A stretch of DNA of 59,540 nucleotides, filler included, from Sphacelaria rigidula (taxonomy: Eukaryota): the NCBI GenBank assembly GCA_964200075.2. It is 10 parts of 10 records of this genome, joined end to end, with 100 filler letters (N's around TTAATTAATTAA, not from the genome) between each part and the next. Parts side by side here need not be neighbours in the genome. Positions count along the whole stretch, not along the records: positions 47,715 to 53,577 come from CAXNAA020023886.1; positions 53,678 to 59,540 come from CAXNAA020023887.1; 8 more parts are not named here. The stretch is one strand, 5' to 3'. Shown in pieces: positions 52,541-59,540 of this stretch. The notes under the pieces were generated by a model. The model did no database searches. It was not told the DNA's origin and saw only the letters and a list, made by a program, of their open reading frames with translations. The position numbers and the translations under genes are program-made. How positions within the stretch are numbered: the first letter of the stretch is position 1; each line of letters opens with the position of its first letter.

Positions 52541-52733
52541 CTGCATGTGCTCGATTACGAGCAAATGGAAGTGCGAAGGAACTGTTCGGTCCTCTTTCAA
52601 TTATTCTGAATTGCTGTTCTATTTTGTAGCTATTCTGCGCAATACAATCAGGTTCAAAACCTCCACTTTCAACAGCGGTACAATGATCCCGAGTCGCCCA
52701 TGTTTTCTGGTCAAGCGCATCGACAAAAAGGGC

Positions 52734-52944
52734 CAAGGGCAGTTCGAGTAGAGTATACTCACTTGCGGGGTATTTTGAAAGTCGTACTTGAAATGAAAGT
52801 ACACAAATTGGGGGTAGGGTTTTAGGGATCGCTTTCCAGTTATTTTTTGGGTACGACTCCTAAGACTCTACCCTAATTTGAGTACCTCAAGTACGTCCAT
52901 CAAAATACCCCGCAATTGAGTATACTCTACTCGACCTGCCCTTG
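52734..52944. mobile_element. hAT-like MITE in the intron between the MIPS and PfkB domains
   Basis: About 45-bp TIRs starting CAAGGGCAG; 8-bp TSD AAAAGGGC / AAAAAGGC (1 mismatch). Confidence 0.85.
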
Positions 52945-53088
52945 AAAAAGGCAAACGAGTCCCCCTCTCGTCCAGCCTGCTGAAGATAACAAAAACGAAT
53001 GCCCCAGCAACTCGGCGTCAACCCACACGTGCTCATGCAGTCGCACAAGATCCAACGACAAATGTGGATGAAAACGCATAACGCGTAC

Positions 53089-53454
53089 CTCTTCCGTCAC
53101 CGAGGCAGATACCGCCTCCGGCATGACTTCCCCTGTCCCAACTGATGAAGCCTCCAGCTCCTCCTCAAGCGCGCGCATCTGTTTGAAGAACCCAGGATCT
53201 ACTCCTTGCGCGCCGCCCTCCGGCACTTTGAAGAGGTAGGCAAGGGCACGGGATACCCGATCTTGCGGGGTGCGTCGGCGCGCGAAGTAGTCGCAGAACA
53301 CGGCCGCGTCGATCATGAGGGGCACGCACAGAGCGCTGTCCATCGCCCGGGTGTAGGTGAGCATGGTGTGTGCGCAGTTCATGAAGCCGAAGGATGTGTA
53401 TTCCACGATGTCGCGTTTTTCGTCGCCCATGAGCGGTGTGTACATCACGCGGAC
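53089..53454 (-). CDS. Myo-inositol-1-phosphate synthase-like C-terminal exon of a MIPS-PfkB fusion (5' part is off the contig)
   Basis: [17 protein letters not shown]...[11 protein letters not shown]...LAYLFKVP...FKQ parallels MIPS YVPYVGDSKRAMDEYTS...DSLLAAP..LD...LSY..KAP...KQ; CAG acceptor, GTACGC donor, phase 0. Confidence 0.85.
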
Positions 53455-54160
53455 CTGTACTTTTCATTTTCCCGTTTTTGGTTATTTCGCGGGAGGGCGC
53501 GGGGGGGGGGGGGGGGGGTTACATTTTTTTTTTTCGTTTATGTGTTGGGCAGTCGCCGGGGCATCCATCTCAGAGAGNNNNNNNNNNNNNNNNNNNNNNN
53601 NNNNNNNNNNNNNNNNNNNNNTTAATTAATTAANNNNNNNNNNNNNNNNNNNNNNNNNNNNNNNNNNNNNNNNNNNNCATGATCCTTCATGTCGTAGTCA
53701 CAAGACCGGTGACCTCGTATCCCTGCAAAGCCGGGAAGGAGCACGCCGGGTTTTATCGACGGACCAGGCTCGCAATCACCAAGCGCGAAGCGCCGTAATG
53801 TGTTCGGCGGGTGGTAAGAGGGGTTTCCTGCATCCTGCTAAAGTTGTTCGGCCCGAATCGTACTAGTTATCCTGCATATGGATTTCAGCCTCGAATGGGT
53901 TTCCTCATTTTCTGGTATCGCCAACTCAGAGACGACCACGGCTTGCCCTGCCTCATGGGTGTCTCACCATGAAAACATAGCCATATGAAGACAGCATGGT
54001 ACAATCATTCTCTCTGCGCGCGCTGAGGTTCTCCATGAAATTGCGCCGAAATGCTTCTCCATCTTCCCCCTTCCGCCGACCTCATTGTTTTGTCGACATC
54101 AATGTTTTCTCCTCTCTGCCTCGATGTTGCTTTTTCCCTGCCCCTCCCGGTCGCTACTCA

Positions 54161-54630
54161 ATGATGAGACACCCATCGAGTAGCGTGGAACCCGTGGCTG
54201 TTTTTGGTCGTGGCGATACCAGAATGTGAAGCAACTCATTGCGGAGGCTGTCATCTATATGCAAGACGCGTAGCACGCGTGTGGCCGAACAATCTTAGCA
54301 GGATGCAGCTTACCCTTCGTGCGACTCGCCGAACACATCACAACGTTTCGCGCTTGGTGATTGATTGCGAGCCTGGTCCGGCGAAAACCCGGTTTGCTCC
54401 ATCCCGGCTTTGACGGGATGCGAGGTCAATGGTCTTGTGACTACGGCATGCAAGATCATGAGTACACCTCTCGGTCGGTACTCCTTCGAGGATTGGCATT
54501 GGTTGGCAACGAGGCTGTAGAACTCGCTACTCACTGCGTAAGTTAGGCAGCCAGTTTCCCGTCTTCTCTCGCCTGCGTTTTTTACGGTACCCATGATGGT
54601 GGTCGAGTTAGATCATGTTGTGCGGGGTGC
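54161..54630 (+). repeat. About 470-bp dispersed repeat; other copies at 53678-53971 (-), 17420-17610 (+) and 17662-17794 (+)
   Basis: Shared ATG.TGAGACACCCA...CCGTGG...GGCGATACCA...GGCCGAACAA and CTCACTGCGTAAGTTAGGCA...CCATGATGGT.GTCGAG.TA.ATCATGTTGTGCGG. Confidence 0.8.
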
Positions 54631-56474
54631 ATTTTTCAGGATCCCGTCCTAGATCGAGAGTGTAACTTTTGATTGAGAATGAGGTTTGAATAGGAACACG
54701 TTACTTTCATCTATCCATTCCCATGCGTGGATGAAACACTGACATTTCCCGATGTTAGGTGTAGCGGTGCCGATTCAGCGGATCATCCACCATACCTGTC
54801 GAAGGATTCATTCAAATGACGTTGCGGAGCACGTGTAGATTTCGAGCGGTTGGTTTCACGAGTAACAATAGGGGACGACCAGTTTGTTGGACCAACGACC
54901 CAAGAGGGGGAATGTGAACATCAAACATTGAAACATTGCTCTCATTCATGAGCCGCGATTTCTCATTTCCAACCCTTTCCAGCCGGCGCTTGATCTTAGT
55001 AGACTGCGTGATAAACCTGATCGCAATGATCGGTATCTCATCAAACGCCCAACAGGCGCTTCTCAAGCAGTTAGTGACGTGACACATCCGACATTTTTTG
55101 TCAGGGCAAGCAGCGCAGAGAGGGGTGTCAATGACCAGCGGTAGCAAGACTTGGTGTTTTGTATGTGCGCAGCACCGCGGAGAACCTTCCCCTACCAAAA
55201 TGTCAGTTACAGAGGGCACTGAAAATAGGTAAGGTTTGGCTCGCAATACTCCGTCGCGTAGGCGAAAACAATGGAAGAGGAGATCACTTCATTCCTTGAG
55301 ACTACGGGCTCGCCCTGCGTGGGGGTATGACGGGTTCAAAACTACCGAAATACAAAGTGAACGTGCCTTGCAACCCTAAGGCACGCCCTGTGCCCCCCTG
55401 TACTGTACTGTACATGAAAACCGCCCTCCCGCGTGACCTCCAGCATGTTCACTGGCATATCCCGTGACAATCGGCGGGATATAGGGTCGATCTATCATCT
55501 ACGCCAGGCGTGCAGTATACCTCACGTGAAGGCCCCCGCTGAACCGACGATACGGCACGCGCTCGACATGCTGCACAAATGCCGATATCTCCGCCAGCGT
55601 GTTTCAGCACGACCGACAGGCAATGCTCGTAGTCATATCTTATTCTGATCTGGAAATATGAAACGGCCTTCATGGGATATCCAGATAGAACAGAGTTGGA
55701 GTCTGCTGAGCTTCTATCCAACAAAACACGGTACCAACGCATCCATGCATACTATACTCCAAAATCGTGTTGCCATGCATGAATGACGACGCTGACCATT
55801 CATTTCATTCATCATGCCATCACCGCTGCACCGCTGGTCACGCTGCCGCCAGTTCCAACCACGGAAGTATGTACGGCCTCTGCAGGCCACTGCATCAGTT
55901 GCAGAAGTGATTTAACGTACATGGACAATTGGTTAGATGGACCGATCTTGTCCTGCTCACTCCCGATATGGTGCGGCTCGTCCTCAGGAAACTTTAGGAC
56001 TCAACTGCCGCGATTATTTTTTCTCATCACCACACCAGGTCGATTTTTCCGACTTTTCAATAGCAAAAGCGCTCAACCCAGTAAAACCAAGCAGGGGGAT
56101 TAAAAAAAACACTCTCAAAATCCCACCAACTTACGGCGTATTCCAGCTGATTTTGGGAAGCTGCAGCGACCAACTTGGCTCTTTTTTATCTTCGAGCGTT
56201 CATGTATGTGTCGCGCCTCACAATCCACCCTGCAGAACACGAAGGAGTCTACACCACAATATTCACACCAAACGCCGCGACTACTCGGGAGGAGTCAACA
56301 GACTACACCCATTACTCTGTCCACACCTCCAAGATCACCCTAAACCAAGTGATTGCACTGAGCTAAATGTTATCACGTGCACCAACGCCAAACGTCGCCA
56401 GAATGATGCATCAAAACCAACGAGCGAACTAGTATACGAAGCATATCCACCATCTTCTCTCGTTGGGGAAAGAT

Positions 56475-56595
56475 TCAATCCGCACGGCGTGTGCGTTGAG
56501 GATGCGCTGCAGCTCTCCTTTTGCCGCAGTGATCGCACTGCCCATTGCACATCTGGGGGGAGTAGTCCTCCCCGAAGTACGCGGCGAGATACTTC
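56475..56595 (-). CDS. RECQ: RecQ helicase terminal exon (end of Zn-binding domain)
   Basis: KYLAAYFGGGLLPQMCNGQCDHCGK...stop; completes the CRR..L..YFG...C...CD.C motif. Confidence 0.88.
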
Positions 56596-58236
56596 CTGAG
56601 CACAACAACAGAGGCGTCAGGAGCGGTGCCTTTGAACAGGAGATCCGGGTCAGTCTCGTGAATTGAAATGCAGAAACGACCAAATCATAGCGTGAAAGAA
56701 ACTAAAACAGTGAAATTGTGGCCCTGCGGCCCCATGCTAACATGAACATTTGCACGCGGAGGAAAATCTCAACGAAAAAAACACGTGTCTCGACTTCATT
56801 CATACCGTCCAAAATGGACGCGGGAAGCTAGAACTTGATCCCTCAAGGATAATGACCTGACTTCTCGGGGGAAAAAAAGCAAGATGATATTCCAGAATCT
56901 CAACCACAATGCCCCTAGTCGGCCGCGGCGAACTACCACCCTCCGCCAAAAGTCAGATCCAAACGCGATTATTTTGATGGGAGAGTGGGTGTACAACTGA
57001 AAGTCTTCGCCTTTCTCGAGTCATGTGAACGAATCGAAAAATCATAGTACACCCAGGGCAGCATGATGTACGGACCAACCACAACGCAGCGCATGCCAAA
57101 TCAGATGGACCTGCAGCACAAGCACCTGTGAAGCTTTCAGGCTTACTGCCTCCGACAAAATAAACCATACAGTACAGTACAATACAGTATACGTGCTCAC
57201 GGCTCGAACGGTAGCTTTTGACTATCTGAAGACGATGCGCTTCGTGTGCCGTGAAATCTGTCAAAAACGGCATGAGCTCGGATTATGCGTCAAGGCGCGC
57301 ACCGAAATGTAAACACGCACGAACGATCCGGAGGTGCACTTCTCGAGTATACAACTGCATACCTCCGCCACCCCTTCTCAAAAACCTCATGCACTCATGT
57401 CAAACAAGGACTGCTGTGCGCTTGTGCTGCCGGGCGTGTATTCGTGTGCGTTGTGGGTGCTCTGTTGGACATTTTTCTTTCTTCATTATGGTGCTTCTGC
57501 CACCAGAACTGAGGTGGTGGACCATCGACTGGTTTTAATTTTGATTTTGATTGATTGATCGTCACACTTTAACTGACCCCCCCGGGGTCCACCCGTGGTC
57601 TCATGACAGACGTACCCAAGAAAGACAAAACTGGAACACTCGCTGAAGAAAAGAAGGAACAGAAAATAAGGAATAAAAAGTCGAACACAACGACATAGTA
57701 GACCAAGACGAAAAAAAAAAATGAGAAAATAATGATAGGAAAAAAGTCAAAAAAAGCAAAGCCATGAACAGCAAATATTCAAACTCCTGCAAACGTGGGC
57801 AAAAACCGTGACCCCGATGAGACCTCAGTACTGGGTGTTGTGAGCTCATCACTTTCACGCATGTCATTCTCGGACGTGATATTTTCCCGATAATGCACGG
57901 CCTTACTTGCAGGGGTACAGAGTTAACCTGCAGAAAACGCCAGGTGGCAACAAAGCACGCACCACACGGCACTGAGAGCCAACGGCAAAATCTGAAGCAG
58001 CTGGTACGAAACTGGGACTTGACTGACATCAGCGGTCGTATCGTGGCGAAATCAATTTTCCCTCGCAAACGAGTCGATAAAACGTGTGCTTACCGGATAA
58101 GCTTTCGATCACACTTTGAACTTGTGACATTTGGCTCCTCATCGAGGGGGGAAATTACGCGTTTTGGGAGGTTAGAAACGGTCAAAATACCTCACTTCAG
58201 AGAATGACAATGGCACTTCGTCGACACGCACGGTAC

Positions 58237-58377
58237 CTTCGACAGACACCTCCCTCCTCACAGTACTCCTGCATCTTTTCCAGCAGTTCGAGCTGTTTGG
58301 CTTTCGCCGCTGATGGCTTCCGCGGACCCTTTCTACCGAACCCCATGATCAGCTGCTTCACCTTGCTCACGTCAGGC
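58237..58377 (-). CDS. RECQ: RecQ helicase exon (RQC Zn-binding helices)
   Basis: DVSKVKQLI...LEKMQEYCEEGGVCRR; phase 2 at both ends, consistent with neighbours. Confidence 0.9.
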
Positions 58378-59123
58378 CTGAGAACAAAACAGCAGTAGCA
58401 TACGTGAACACGTCTGAAGGTAGACTTATGTCTGCTCTCGACAGAGAACAACACGACACTGAAACACTAGCAAGCTGGGCTCGTCCTGCCGAAAATTACA
58501 GGACTGCAAGCCTCGGTGTCTACGGTAGGCCCGCGCTGGATGTCAAAACAAGCAAAGACATACACCGAATAAATTTGGTATGACCAAGATGTGACCGGGA
58601 AGATAACGCACTTATCAGCCAACAGGTGGCATCAGAGTTACGACAGGATACAGGACAAAGGAATTCGAAAACAAACGAGGCAGGGCGCCGTCGAAGATGC
58701 CACACAAGTTGTTCGGGCCCGGTCACCCAATGCAAAATGCTCTGTCGTCCTGGGGGCATGTAAAAAGCTGTTGGCTCCTTGAGCGGCATAACAAAACGCT
58801 CTTCCATAATCCTGGTGGAAGACATCTCGCAGGGTTCGCAGCGCATGAGCGGGGACACAAGCTCGGCTGGAGACGATAGTGGTGCTCTGGTTTGGATGTT
58901 GTCAAGTGCCGTTGCGAACCGGACGTGTAGCACAAGAGAAAATGCGCTGTACTTCATCCGCCGACCCATGACCGACAAAAGCGAATCTTGGTGCAGTATC
59001 GCCAACACAAATAACAAAGTACGCACACATGTATCCCAATATACATGTCCATCTACACCTATGTATCTACGGGACCAAACAATATGTCGGTGCGACCACG
59101 TTACGGCGATGCCATCCTTCTCA

Positions 59124-59540
<417 letters not shown>

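Overview
This window is not one locus. It is ten unrelated contigs of about 5.86 kb, sorted by length and joined by 100-nt N-TTAATTAATTAA-N spacers (contigs 1-5865, 5966-11830, 11931-17794, 17895-23758, 23859-29722, 29823-35686, 35787-41650, 41751-47614, 47715-53577, 53678-59540). The DNA is eukaryotic, intron-rich and repeat-rich. Short exons, long introns, the TPR exon style and the RTE/copia/SINE content suggest a stramenopile, most likely a brown alga (inference). Partial spliced genes reconstructed by hand: an RPUSD1-like RluA pseudouridine synthase, a TPR-repeat protein, the 3' end of a RecQ helicase, and two apparent domain fusions. The first fusion joins a myo-inositol-1-phosphate synthase (MIPS) C-terminus in frame to a complete PfkB/ribokinase-family kinase. 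The second joins a TrhO/YceA-like Cys-rich domain to a class I O-methyltransferase, a candidate one-polypeptide tRNA U34 hydroxylase/methyltransferase. Contig 6 is a whole degenerate Ty1/copia element in circularly permuted order around a single LTR. The rest is LINE fragments, tRNA-derived SINEs, several MITEs and long inverted repeats. All calls come from reading motifs by eye; no database search was run.
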